From Octopus vulgaris (Eukaryota), in contig OX597815.1 of assembly GCA_951406725.2 (NCBI GenBank), forward strand, positions 37,014,001-37,078,000: 64,000 nucleotides of DNA, written 5' to 3'. Position numbers and translations under genes: made by a program. Below, piece after piece: positions 27,232 to 39,192 of this stretch (the first letter of the stretch is position 1; the number at the start of each line of letters is the position of its first letter). The notes below the pieces were generated by a model. It was not told the origin of the DNA. It saw only the letters and a list, made by a program, of their open reading frames with translations, and ran no database searches.

Positions 27232-27662
27232 ATCGGCGGAATTTGAACTCAGAACGTAAAGACAGAAGAGATACCTATTTCTTAACTACCCACAAGGGGC
27301 TAAACACAGAGAGGACAAACAAGAACAGACAAACGGATTAAGTCGATTATATCGATCCCAGTGTGTAACTGGTACTTATTTAATCGACCCCGAAAGGATG
27401 AAAGGCAAAGTCGACCTCGGCAGAATTTGAACTCAGAACGTAGCGGCAGACGAAATACCTATTTCTTTACTACCCACAAGCGGCTAAACACAGAGAGGAC
27501 AAACAAGGACCCCAGTGTGTAACTGCCTTTCTTCCTTTCGGGGTCGATTAAATAAGTACCAAAGTCGACCTCGGCGGAATTTGAACTCAGAACGAAATAG
27601 CAGACGAAATAGCGCTAAGCATTTCGCCCGGCGTGCTAACGATTCTACCAGCTCATCGTCTT
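27232..27662 (-). mobile_element. SINE family B multimer
   Basis: One head at ~27660; fixed tail-to-body junctions after 27274 and 27458. Confidence 0.85.
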
Positions 27663-28419
27663 AGAAGTAATAAATATTATTATCAAAAGAATAATTATAA
27701 AACAACATAAATATTCAGTTACTATAGGGTTAATGTCAGAAACGATAACGTAACAGATTGCAATACCCACGTATGTCCCTCTAGTTTCTGAATTTAAATT
27801 CCGCGGAAAATCTAGTTACTTTCCATCCATTGGAATCTGTGAAAGAAGAATCACCCAAGTACGATAAAAACAAACTATATCCCTCAGAATGGGTGCCCTT
27901 GTGCTTATGTTATATTTATTTATTATTAAAAATAGCTGTGAGTGGCAGAATCGGTAGCGGGCAGCTTAAATGTGTTACAGTATTTAGAAACGCTTTTTGA
28001 AGTTCTACACTCAAATTGCCCTGAAATAGGCTTTACTTTCATTTTTCAGGGCCGGTAAAATATTATTGGGATCGATATTAGCATCAGTATCCTTCCCAAA
28101 ATATACGCGAAATAATTTGTATTATAAGGGTGGTGACTGACAAAAGCAGTAGAAAACTTTGATACCATCGTGTTACAGTATTTAATTTCGTCTCTCCTTT
28201 TTTCACGTTCCATGTTCTGAGTTTCACTATTTTTTTTTTATCCATGGATAGAAGAAAGCAATACCACTCATTCACTGGAGTAAATTTAATCAACGCTATG
28301 CAAAATATCGCTTTTGAGTCAGTGTGTGAAGTCAGTAGTATTATTATAAATGACAAAAAAAAAAAAAATCAAAACAAAAAACAAACAAAAATTATAAAAA
28401 AAAAAACATAAACAAAAAC

Positions 28420-28472
28420 CTCCAGCAGTGAATTCTCTGATTTCTCAAACTTTTCTATTTGCTTTTCATCAG
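28420..28472 (-). CDS. Candidate internal host exon (xDEKQIEKFEKSENSLLE)
   Basis: ttaattacgttAG acceptor, GAG|GT donor (weak), 53 nt, protein-like composition in unique DNA; no homology recognised. Confidence 0.25.
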
Positions 28473-29144
28473 CTAACGTAATTAAATATATAACTACTGG
28501 CAAGCTGAGATCTCGGCAAACATTAGATTATCGAAATTTTTCTGAAATTTTATAATTATCATTTGTTACAAATTAAAACTGTTACAAAATAATGAACTTT
28601 TGCTGATACATTTAGAGATCTCTTTTGCAAAACAAGGTAAGGAGAAATTTTTTTTTTTTCCGGTAAAAATTGAAGTGTTGGTGCTTTGGCCTAACGTTAT
28701 AGCTGTTCTGTACGGTCACCAAATTTTGATTTCATGTTCATTAATACTGCTACGTTGGCATCAAACTGTTGGAAAATTAACAAATTTCCTTGAGAGAAAT
28801 TTTGCTGATGTATTGATTATATATTCCACAGTGGTGTGTAGCAGTTTTGATTTAGAACTAGCTGTGTGTACTCCTGTATTAATTGTTTACCATAGCGTTT
28901 CTAATGAGCCTCAATAGATTCAACATTTTTCTTTAATGTAAGCTGCAACGATTGTTACGCGATGAATTTTAATAGATATCAAGATAATTGATGTATATTG
29001 TATACAATATTAAGTTCCAATCTAATGCATCAAAAGTATATGTTCTGGATTTGTTGTTAGCACTAAGAATAATCTCGCTATTAAAATAGTCATTTCAAAC
29101 ATTCATTCTTCGTTCCTGTTATTTTAACTACAAATAAAGTGTGC

Positions 29145-29490
29145 CATGGCAGAATCATTAGATCATTAGCTTGTCAGACAAAATGCTTACCAGTATTTCT
29201 TCCGGCTCTTTACGTTCTGCTTAAAATTCCGTTGGGTTCGATAAAATATGTAATCAACCTACAACTCCCATAAAATTGCTGGTCTTGTGCCAAAATTAGA
29301 ATATGCTTAGCTACTAATAAAACAGTAAACAGGCAGAATTGTTAGCGCGTCGGACAAAATGCTTAGTGGCATTTCTTCCGGCTCTAAGTTCTGTGTTAAA
29401 ATTCAGCCGAGGTCGACTTTGCCTTTCATCTTTCGGATACGATAAAATAAATACCAATTAGACTTGAAGTCTATATAATTGACTTTGTCC
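29145..29490 (+). mobile_element. Two degraded SINE family B copies
   Basis: GGCAGAAT..GACAAAATGCTTA..ATTTCTTCCGGCTCT repeated twice. Confidence 0.7.
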
Positions 29491-29524
29491 ACATCTGAGA
29501 TTTATATATTTTTTTATATTTTAT

Positions 29525-30090
29525 CTATATTTCATCTAGTTTCAGCTCACGAGCTGTGGCCATGCTGGGGCACCGCCATTCGGTGTTGCTACATGATTTT
29601 ACTTCACGAATGCTTTTTAGCAATTGCCATTTGGTGCATGAGAGAGTTCGATGCAGCTGCCCTCATCTGCACCTCCTGCCGTGAAGTTGGTTCATCTGGG
29701 ACACCTGACAGGAAGAGATCCAGTTTTATTTTAAAGATATCTGCATCCACCCCATGCAGGTCTCTCAGGTCCTTCGGGAGGATATTGAAGAGCTGTGGAC
29801 CTCTGAATCTCAGGCTATCACAGTATCTTGTCCTACATCTTGATGGCAAATTTGGAGTCCTTGGCACTATGCAGTGGCGCCCAGTTCTAGTATTTGTGTA
29901 ACTCTCGATGCCAAAGTTTGGGACAAGTCCTTCCAGGATCTTCCAGGTGTATATTATGGCATATCTTTCTCGCCTACGCTCTAAGGAATAGAGTCTTAAT
30001 CTCTTGAGTATTTCCCAATAGCTTATATGCTGCACAGAGGCTATCTTCTTCGTGTAGCTTCGTTGGATCGCCTCAAGTTCTGTGATTGCT
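29525..30090 (-). mobile_element. CR1/L2-group LINE, 5'-truncated, with intact C-terminal ORF and 3' tail
   Basis: ELEAIQRSYTKKI..LRLYSLERRRERYAIIYTWKILEG..FRGPQLFNILPK..KLDLFLSGVPDEP; tail GGCGGTGCCCCAGCATGGCC. Confidence 0.88.
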
Positions 30091-31516
30091 AGCTTTATAC
30101 CAAAATTTGAAACCATTATCTTAGCTACAAATATGCTGTTCTCTCCATTGAATCTATAAACAGCCATGCTTTCCCCAAACTTATTCTATTTAGCTTTTGT
30201 TGTTAAGGATGTTTTTTTTTTATAGCGTGATGAAAATATTCTCAGAATGCAAAAGTTTAAAACTTGTTATTAAAATTTGCAACTTAATTTAATCTGTCGT
30301 AAAAATATTATAGAAAAATGTAGAAAATAAGGAAAACTAATATATTCAGTATTCATTCAAAATGTCGCTGACAGCATATGTTATATCTCTGATTGGGCGT
30401 TTTTCTATATTCAAGAATTTATAATGCTTTTTGTTTAAATTGGAAGGATTTCAAAAAGTAAGCCGCCAGTTTTACATTTTATAATTTAGAGGATTTTTAT
30501 TTATTTATCTTTTAATAGGATTATTGCTTATTCATATGCAACTACACACAAAGGAAAGAAAAATTATAAAATTCTTAGAAACATTTCGAAACTTTGATAA
30601 GCTTGTCAAGTTCTTTTGCTATAGGTCATATATATATATATATCCATCAAAACATTATTTCTTAATACAAAGCAAATAGGGTGATACACTTAATCACTTA
30701 ACTTGTTATCTGGTTTAGCATCAAGTTCTAGATCCCGATCGCTTTTTGTAGGGTCTACTCTTGTGCATGAATTAGGACAAAGTCTCTTACCTTAGGATAC
30801 ATTTCTTTTCTCTCACTAATCACAATCACCTTGAAAAGTCGTGGATGCAATCTTTCTTCCTCTGGGTAAGCTTATAAAAGAAGTATGCTTGTATAAGAAA
30901 CATGAGAATCATTTCCAACATTTTCTGATATGAACTTGCGCGTCGCTCTCAACTCAGTAACCATTTGTTTGATTTCTACAAAGCCAAATACTCTGGAAAA
31001 TAAACTCCAGATCTTGTGATCCCTCTCACCAGGTATACCGAAACTCAATTCTTTTATAAGTCTACAAATAACTAGAATGTAAATCGCTGGTTTGGCAAAA
31101 TATACCATAATTTTCAAGTCTAGTAGTCTTGTTAATATCAGTTTTTGAATCCTGCTTCTAAGACGATGATGACATAAACGATATATCCTTCTTTTTTTTA
31201 GAAAGAAGTAGAGTAGCTCGAATTAAAGAGGGATCCTGTAAGTGGTCAGCTGACTTGTAAGAAACAGTTGTCATATCTTCTACAAACTATGCCATATCGA
31301 TCTAAAAAGAACACATTCGATATTAAAGCGCTGAGGATATTGTACCTAGTTGTGGAATTCTAATTTATATTGCTTCACACACACACACTCACACACACAC
31401 ACATATAAGCATTATTACTATTAAAAACAGTAATAATGAGGTGGCTAGCAAGACTTCTACCTAAATAGGTATAATATGAAATATTTGAATAAAAGAAGGG
31501 TAAAAATAACACTTGC

Positions 31517-31579
31517 CAAAGATGAAAGCGAAAGCTTCAAAAACCACCAATACTATGATGAATACACACACGAGCCTAC
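31517..31579 (-). CDS. Candidate host exon encoding a hydrophobic signal/TM segment (RLVCVFIIVLVVFEAFAFIF)
   Basis: ccatcctgaAG acceptor, G|GCAAGT (GC-type) donor, 63 nt, phase-compatible with 28420-28472. Confidence 0.25.
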
Positions 31580-31620
31580 CTTCAGGATGGAATTTGAAGA
31601 TAGTTTATATATATAATATA

Positions 31621-32005
31621 CTAGCAGTATCGCCCGGCGTTGCTCGGGTTTGTAAGGGAAATAACTATAAAGCATTTTTAGAGAGTTATAGCCAAAAATA
31701 GCAAAAAATGCATTAAAAATGGAAAAGAAATTATGGTAAATTTTTTTTAAAATCGTTGACTCATCGTAGACATTTTTAGAGAGTTCCCTTTATTAAAAAA
31801 ATATGCATTAAAATGGAAAAAAATGATGGTAAATTATTTTTAAAATCGTAGACTCATCTTTGACGCGCTAATACTCAGAAGGGCTCGATATGAATCACGA
31901 CTATAAGATACCCGGTTTTGGTTAAACTGTATCGCAAAATGAGGAAGTAGTTAGGAATCTAAATCGGAGTAGACAGACACACAACCTTTCTTTTATATAT
32001 AAAGA
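31621..32005 (-). mobile_element. Non-autonomous Helitron
   Basis: Minus strand A|TC start, hairpin CCCGAGCAACGCCGGG upstream of CTAG|T end, no TSD; internal ~90-bp duplication. Confidence 0.85.
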
Positions 32006-32396
32006 TATTAACATCTGACGCAATTGGAGAGTGCTATAAACTTTACAATTTCTCATTTCCCTCAGAATTATGACGTAAGAGACATTTTCAGCAAGCAATC
32101 TCGCTTGTAAACTAGATACCAACGAGAGCAATGACTTCTTAATATGGTATTAATAAGATTGTTTAATCGACTTGCAGTTTGTTAGTTTAAACTCTTGAGC
32201 TCTAATCGGAATGGAGCCTATCTAAATCTAGCTATTTTTATCAGATTATTGACATAAATCCTGTCATTATCTCAGAAACAACACGTGTTTCCTAATGCCA
32301 TAACCATAGCACAGAGATCTCTTGTCCATTATTCTTAACGCATTTATATAGATCATTCAAAATAAAGCTTTTGCAAATGTCAGCAAATTTAATACG

Positions 32397-32560
32397 TAGG
32401 CGCAGGCATGGTCTTCTGATTATGGAGTTCGTCTTGCAAACAGGTGATACTAGGTTCTAACGTACAGCGTGCCACCTTGGGTTAGTTTCTTCAACTCTAA
32501 TGTAATGATCCATGGTTTGTGAGTGGAATTTGGTTGTTTGAAACTGCAGAAATCCGTCGA
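32397..32560 (+). mobile_element. Degraded SINE family A 5' half
   Basis: TAGGCGCAGGCATGG..CCACCTTGGG..TTGTGAGTGGAATTTGGT. Confidence 0.6.
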
Positions 32561-33039
32561 ATATATATATAAATATACCATAAACCTGATTAGTTTCTAA
32601 CAAAGCTCAAATATGACACACATTAATACGTTAGTCATGGGAACAGGGTTCATGCTTTTGTAAACACTCTTATATTAGTATATGTAATGTGTGTATTTAT
32701 AGCTACACTACTCACTCTAAAGCCGATGTTGATGTTTGTATTGTGTATATTTACGCCTCGTTATTAGCGGTTAGAGAAATAGTGGCTGATAAAATAAATA
32801 CTATACTGAAACAAGTACTGGTGTTGTTATATGTGGTTAAAGTTGGTACGATTGTTGGCAGGCTGAACTTTTGTAGGTCATTGCGTTAATCTTCTGTAAT
32901 TAGGAATTTCCTGAGTTAGGCATTTCTGGAAAGCAAGAAGTAGGTAAAATTTTATTGCAAGTAAGGAAGATAGAAAAGAAGAAAGATCAATGGTCGAGTT
33001 GACCCAGATGGAGACTGTGTACAGTTAACTGGTTATAGT

Positions 33040-34215
33040 AACAAGAACATGAATAGTCGAGGCGCCCGGCTCTACGTAGACGACGGTGAACAGGTGTGGT
33101 CGCCATTTGTGAGGCACGCTTTCCCGCAACTCGTCTTCATGACCGAACTGCAGTCGTGGATCAAAAAGAGGCCGAGGAAGGGCGAATGGCACCGCGAGTG
33201 TCGCGTTGCTCTCAAGCAAATATGCCATCCCGGGTCGACCTTGAGCGACTTCAACACAACCAAAGTATTCTATAGGGGATTAGTGGAGGGGAGGTACGAC
33301 GACGATCTCGGGGCGAACCTGGACGTCGACGAGGAATATCTGACCCGCCTGTTCAAGACGTCTTTCAGGCCAGGACCCATGGACAACTACCAGAGATCCC
33401 TGGCTTGGCAGTGCTACCGAGAAGCGCTACCCGTTCGGGATAAGCTCTACAGACACGGCTCGTGAAACACGGGGCCGACCTGCCCGAGATGCGGTCAGAG
33501 CGACGAAACCGTTCTGCACGCACTCGTGCAGTGTTCAACCATTTCCGACCTGTGGGATTATGTCGAACGACTGCTGTCATATGTGGGACGAGTCGGTTTA
33601 TCAGCTGAGTCTATCGTCAATATCGTCACAACTCCTTCCTTCAAACGGGAAGGAAGAGCTATTTTCATTATACCTGTGGCTATGGCGAAAGAATGTATCT
33701 GGTGGACTCGTCTGAAAGGATTGGAGACAAATACTTTCCTCTCTGGTCAATCTCTCATCAACTTCTTCAAGTATCACTTGAAAAGGAAAGTGAGAGTAGA
33801 GAGGCAAGTTTTGTCTAGCGAATGTTTAAAAAAAGATGGGTGAATGTAGCAAGGATGGCACATATGAATGACGAAGCCACCTTGAGCATAATCCTATGAA
33901 CCCGGAAAATTTAAAACAGAGGGTTACTTACTTGCAAATAAATGTGTTAACATGTGACATTATTGACCGAGGTTACCGTGGTCTTTTCCGTAGGCTTTCC
34001 TTCCCACTGATAAACCTTATCTGCTTCCCCCTTTACACTTTACATCATCACATTTCTGTAATACACGATCCTTATTGATCATTTTTTTCCTTTCCTTTTT
34101 ACGATCGCTTTTGATCGAAAATCTACCCCACTTTTTTTTCTCCCGAAAAAGAAAAGCTCTACTTCGTAATTTGTCCCGTCTGTGTGCAGCCCTGTGTGGC
34201 TAATAAAGAAACATA
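33040..34215 (+). mobile_element. Tx1-clade LINE, 5'-truncated (C-terminal zinc-finger region + 3' UTR)
   Basis: LAWQCYREALPVRDKL, then TCPRCGQSDETVLHALVQC; ends AATAAAGAAA. Confidence 0.88.
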
Positions 34216-35294
34216 TCTTCTTTACTTTGTTGTCAGCGAGCCTTTGTGTGCAACACCAGCATTGTACGACACATGTGAGCGGTTCTATGTGTGTCAATTT
34301 ATGCTTTGTGGATGTTTACTACACTAAAATAATGTCTACAATATTTGTGTATGTGTGTGTGTGTGTGTATGTGTATGTGTGTTTGCACAAGCTACTTTAC
34401 TTCTCATCAATCTCAGTGCTCAAGCAATCTATACTAAGCTGCCATCCCAACGAATTTCATCCTCCCATACAGGGCCTACAACGTTCAAAGATGACCATGC
34501 ATCTATACATATTAGCGCAAGTCTGGACCAGATTGTTTGAAGATGATTGGTAGTTGCCCGTCTACATGCTACCGATGTTTATTCAAGGTGAAGGCCATCG
34601 ACTCGGCTCGATACAGATTGGCATCAGTGACCTCGAGGACATTGCTGTAAGAACGCAAGGGGCCCCAGTAAAGATATCACAAAACATCTTGCCCAACCTT
34701 CTGACAGTTCTGCTAATGCGTTGCCCTTGTTTGATATATTTTTATAGACTCTGAAAGGATAAAAGGTAGAGCTGGCCTCTACAGAATTTGAAATCATAGC
34801 GCAAAGTGTCAGAACATATACCACAAAGCCACCTCTAATAACTGTGCTATCCACCTTTATTATTATTGCTGTTTAGTCCCAGATAATGCTTTGAGCCTAC
34901 GTGATCTATGCCGCTCCAAGCAGTGGCCACCCAGTGTTTTGCTTTTGGTCTATTAGCTTTGTCCAGTGTGCCATTTTAAATTTAAGACTGTAGCGTGTGA
35001 TTTGAGGAGAATTTGGCTGCTATTTCTAACTGGTCAAGCAATCACATAGTCTCTTTTAGTTGTAATTGCTTAACCCCAAATCAACTCAAATTGAGCAGAT
35101 CTATCACCAGAGGTATTCCAGATCATCTCATCTCATCTTTTTTTTGTCAGGCATAGTATATGCAGGAGCATGTATCTAATGAATTATCCCCTGTGTGTTT
35201 TGAGGGAGATTTGGTTGCTAATTCAATCAAATCGACCAATTACATAAATGTTACGTCATTGTCGACTTCCAAAGACCCAAGTTAAACATGCACC

Positions 35295-35599
35295 TGTGGG
35301 ATGACGTAAGCAGCTGGACGTCAGCAGCCGGACGTCAGCAGCGGGGTGCGTTGACCGGAAGCTGGGGCAAGCGGAAGGGGTTAGCTGTCAAGCGTGCGCA
35401 GGGAGCGCAAATTGACCTTTCCAACGTGGGTCGTGGAGGTGACAAGACGTGCGAGGACGTCGCTAAGGGTTTGGGCTAGCAGCTGCTATCGTTAGTGTTC
35501 GGGTCGGGGCTGTGAGGAATGACTAGTCATCTCTGGAGGATCTCCGTCACTACGAAGAGAAGGTAGGTGCCTCTATATTCAAATCGCACACTCACTACA
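35295..35599 (+). repeat. 5' LTR (305 bp)
   Basis: TGTGGG..ACTACA; differs from 3' LTR by 4 substitutions and one 14-bp repeat unit. Confidence 0.95.
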
Positions 35600-35611
35600 A
35601 GCTATTTCGGC
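35600..35611 (+). promoter_or_regulatory. Non-canonical primer-binding site complementary to the 5' end of tRNA-Phe(GAA)
   Basis: AGCTATTTCGGC = reverse complement of GCCGAAATAGCT; abuts LTR; no TGG-type PBS present. Confidence 0.6.
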
Positions 35612-35644
35612 AGTTCGTAAACATTCACATTTTTTTTCAACACG

Positions 35645-36365
35645 ATGTCTGCAAAAATTAGGATCGCCAGTGACGTCGTCAGACCTTTTAACGGCGAAGG
35701 CGATGTAGTGGCCTGGATTCGCAAAATCAGGCTGGTGGCGAGACTGCAGGGCATAAGCGACGTGGCGAGTCTTATGGCGCTGTATTTGGAAGGGAGTGCG
35801 TTGTCGCTTTACCTAGAGATGGATGAAGAGGAGCGGCTCAGCGATGAGAATATAGAGCGACGCTTGTGTGACGCATACACGGAATGCGAGTACACAGCTT
35901 TCGCTAAGCTAGGTGCAATCAGGTGGACGATTTTGCATCAGAAGCTAGAAGGCTAGCGACTCTGGCCGGGTTTGCCGGAGAAGGACTGGAGAGAGCAGCC
36001 CGACTGGCGTTCGTGAATGGGTTCCCCGACGATGTAGGGATTCACCTACAACGACTGCCCGGGGTTAAAAAGATGCCATTGAGCGAACATAAACTCATGC
36101 TCGCGCGATAGCGATGGCGGTGACGGAGGCGCGTAAAGACGGACGACGTCCCGAGAAAGAGGTACAGAAGCTCACCGTGCAACGAGAGCGGCCGTTCTCA
36201 GGACGGTGTTTTAGATGCCAGGGACCGCACATGGCGCGGGACTGTACGCAGCCGGGGCCCGTTTGCTATCGATGCAGGCAGACAGGGCACATTGCCCGTG
36301 ATTGCGGCCAGGGAAACGACCGCGGGGAAGTTGCTGCTTCTCGAACTTTCCCCTCAAACGAGTAG
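35645..36365 (+). pseudogene. gag: gag (frameshift ~35925, stop 36109-36111), two zinc knuckles
   Basis: VRPFNGEGDVVAWI; CFRCQGPHMARDC; CYRCRQTGHIARDC. Confidence 0.85.
36311..36353 (+). promoter_or_regulatory. -1 ribosomal frameshift signal (gag-pol)
   Basis: G GGA AAC heptamer in gag frame, 6-nt spacer, stem GGGGAAGTT/AACTTTCCCC; pol is in the -1 frame. Confidence 0.75.
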
Positions 36366-38296
36366 AGGCGCTATTGGAGACGCTGCCATTGATTGACGTG
36401 GAGGCCGAGGGGGAGACGTTCAAGGCCCTTGTGGATACGGGCTGTATGACCTCCCTGGTGACTTCGAGGGTGACGAAGGAATGGAACGGGGTGTGTAGTG
36501 TCCGGGCGGTCGACGGCAGCGAAATCCGTTGCAGAGGCAGCAGCAAGGTAGAGATAGTGGTGCGCCGCGCGACGCTAAGGCTACAGGCAATTGTGGCCGA
36601 ACGCGTGATAAATGGAGTTGATGTGGTGATGGGGATGGACGCCATCAACTGCCTCGGTGGCGTCAGTGTTGTGGGAAATGAGGTCACGTTCGGAAGCGTG
36701 GGGGCGTCGTGCACTGCGAGTCAGGATCGCCAGAGGGAGCAGAGCCCCGCGAGGGACTGCGCCGCTTACACCATCGAGGACAAAGACTTTCAGGCGGCGT
36801 TCGATGGTCAGCGGTGGACGATAGAGTGGAAATGGAAGGACGAGCCCCCGACACTGGAGAACAGGATGAGCTGTTACCAGCATACCCTGAAAAGCCACGC
36901 CAGGGTTGAGTTTGAAGACGAGGTGGAGAGGTGGATCGAGGAAGGGGTCCTTGTCCCTTGGAAGGAGGAGGTAGCGGGCGGAGTGCTACCCCTGATGGCG
37001 GTGGTGCAGCCTACGAAGGGAAAAGTCAGACCAGTGCTGGACTTCAGGGAGCTAAACCAGCACATATCGTGTCACACGGGAGGTGAGGCGACAGACGTTT
37101 GTGGTGAGGCATTACGTAAGTGGAGACAGTCGACTGAGGCAGCGACGATTGTCGACTTGAGATCGGCATACTTGCAGCTCCATGTGAGCGACAAACTATG
37201 GCGATATCAGCTGGTGCGGTACAAGGGCCGGACGTACTGTCTAACCAGGATGGGTTTCGGGCTGAATTCCGCTCCGAAGATCATGGCGGCAGTGCTTAGG
37301 TCCGTCCTAGGGAAAGACAGCAAGATTAGAAAGGCCACCAGCTCCTACATTGACGACATTTTGGTGGACGAAACTGTAGTGCCAGCCGACGAGGTAGTTA
37401 GACATCTGGAGAAGTTCGGACTGATTGCTAAGCCACCGGAGTCGATTGAAGGGGGAGCCGCGCTGGGGCTGAAGCTGCGAAGAGATGGATCAGGTGAATT
37501 GGTGTTCCGGAGAGGAAATGAAATCCCAGAGCTGAGTTCCAGCGTCAGCAGGAGAGAGCTGTTCTCGGTGTGTGGGAAGTTGGTCGGTCACTACCCGATC
37601 GCTGGATGGCTGCGCACGGCGTGTAGTTACACCAAGAGACGAGCAGAAGGAGAGAGGTGGGGCGACAAGGTGGGAGAAGGGACGGTGGCGATGATGCAGG
37701 AGATCCTAGAGAGGACAAGAGCGGAAGACCCGGTCAGGGGGAACTGGTACGTGCCCAAGACGAAATGCGGGACCGTCTGGTGTGATGCTAGCAGTATAGC
37801 GATAGGGGTGGTGTTGGCAATCGAAGGCACTGCGGTGGAGGACGCGGCCTGGCTTCGGAAAGCAGATGATTTCAACCACATCAATGTCGCCGAATTAGAC
37901 GCGCTGCTGAAAGGGGTGAACTTGGCCTTGAAATGGGGGTTGCGCTCGATTGAAATGCGGACGGATTCGGCCACTGTGCTTGGCTGGGTAGGATCGGTGA
38001 TCACCGGTGACAGGAGAGTGCGGACGAAAGGTGCTGCGGAGATGTTAGTGAAGCGCCGTCTAGGAGTTCTAGGTGAATTGATCGCCGAATTCGGACTGAA
38101 GCTGAACGTGGTTTTCGTGCCTTCGGAGAAAAACAAGGCGGACGTACTGACCAGGGTGAAAAGAGCGTGGTTGGAAGAACCGGAGGAGGCCCGGAAAGGG
38201 ATAGCTGCGGCGTGTCGGTTGGATGACTCTGAACTGAAGAAACTGCACGCTATGCATCACCTGGGTGTGGACAGGACCCTGTATCTGGCAAAAAAA
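36311..38296 (+). CDS. pol: pol: aspartic protease, reverse transcriptase, RNase H (open frame)
   Basis: ALVDTGC; VRPVLDFRELN; DLRSAYLQL; FGLNSAP; YIDD; CDAS; HINVAELDA; TDS; NKADVLTR. Confidence 0.92.
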
Positions 38297-39179
38297 TTGA
38301 TGCTGACGTCACCAGGAGAAGCGTCCGGAAGGTGGTCGGGAGCTGCGACAGGTGTCAGTCCATCGACCCTGCTCCGTGTGGGCATGAACAGGGAAGCCTT
38401 TCCGTGGAGCAGAACTGGAAAAGGCTAGCTGTGGATGTGACACACTACCGTCAGCGAATGTACCTCTCCATGGTCGACTGTGGGCCGGGCCGGCTGGCCA
38501 TTTGGAGGAGTTGAGATCGGGCATTGCTGACGAGATCGTGCAGATCCTGAACGGGATATTTTTAGAGAGAGGTCCCGTGGAAGATCTACTGATGGACAAC
38601 GGGGCGGCGTTTCGTTCGGAAGCATTGAGGGTTATGCTTGATCGGTGGAACGTGCGACGCTTGTTCAGAGCAGCGTATAGGCCGGGCGGTAACGGGATCG
38701 TGGAGAGGCACCATCGGACAGTCAAGGCCATAGCGGAAAGAGGGCACATTTCGCCGCTTGAAGCAGTTTTTTGGTACAACTTGTCTCCCCGATCCGGACA
38801 AGCTGAGGAATCTGTGCCGCAGAGAGCCGTGTTCAAATATGAATGGAGGCACCCGAGCAAAGCGCCGGAGGGTCACGAGGAAGAGAAGGGACCCGTTCGC
38901 GTGAAAATAGGGGAGGAAGTCTGGGTCAAGCCACCAAAGGCGCGCTGTACGTCTCAATGGAGCAGAGGAACGGTGACGGCGATCAATTCCAGAAGCAACG
39001 TATCCGTAGATGGCACACCACGACACGTCTTGGACCTTCGCAGGATTGTTGCTTCGACGGACGATGATTCGGGAGAGGGGGAGAATGAGGAGCCCAGCTT
39101 GAGAAGATCTCGACGAGCAAGGCGCTCTCCCGGTTGGATGGTAGACTACAACATGGAGCGGAGAGATTGTGATCTTTAA
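38240..39179 (+). pseudogene. DDE integrase (frameshifts at ~38295 and ~38505)
   Basis: HHCC (LHAMHHLG..CDRCQ); LAVDVTH; LMDNG; GIVERHHR. Confidence 0.88.
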
Positions 39180-39192
39180 GATCAGGGTGGCG

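Noticed and set aside
28435-28472. CTGATGA..GAAA on minus strand as a hammerhead
   Set aside because: Stems I-III do not form
30791-31117. Minus-strand exon-like segments (EEERLHPRLFKVIVIS, with a GTAAGA donor)
   Set aside because: More likely a decayed RTE-type endonuclease remnant (PGEEC..HRLVVSD-like); no consistent splice phase
36211-39026. Antisense ORFs over the LTR element
   Set aside because: Expected shadow ORFs of GC-rich coding sequence; no motifs
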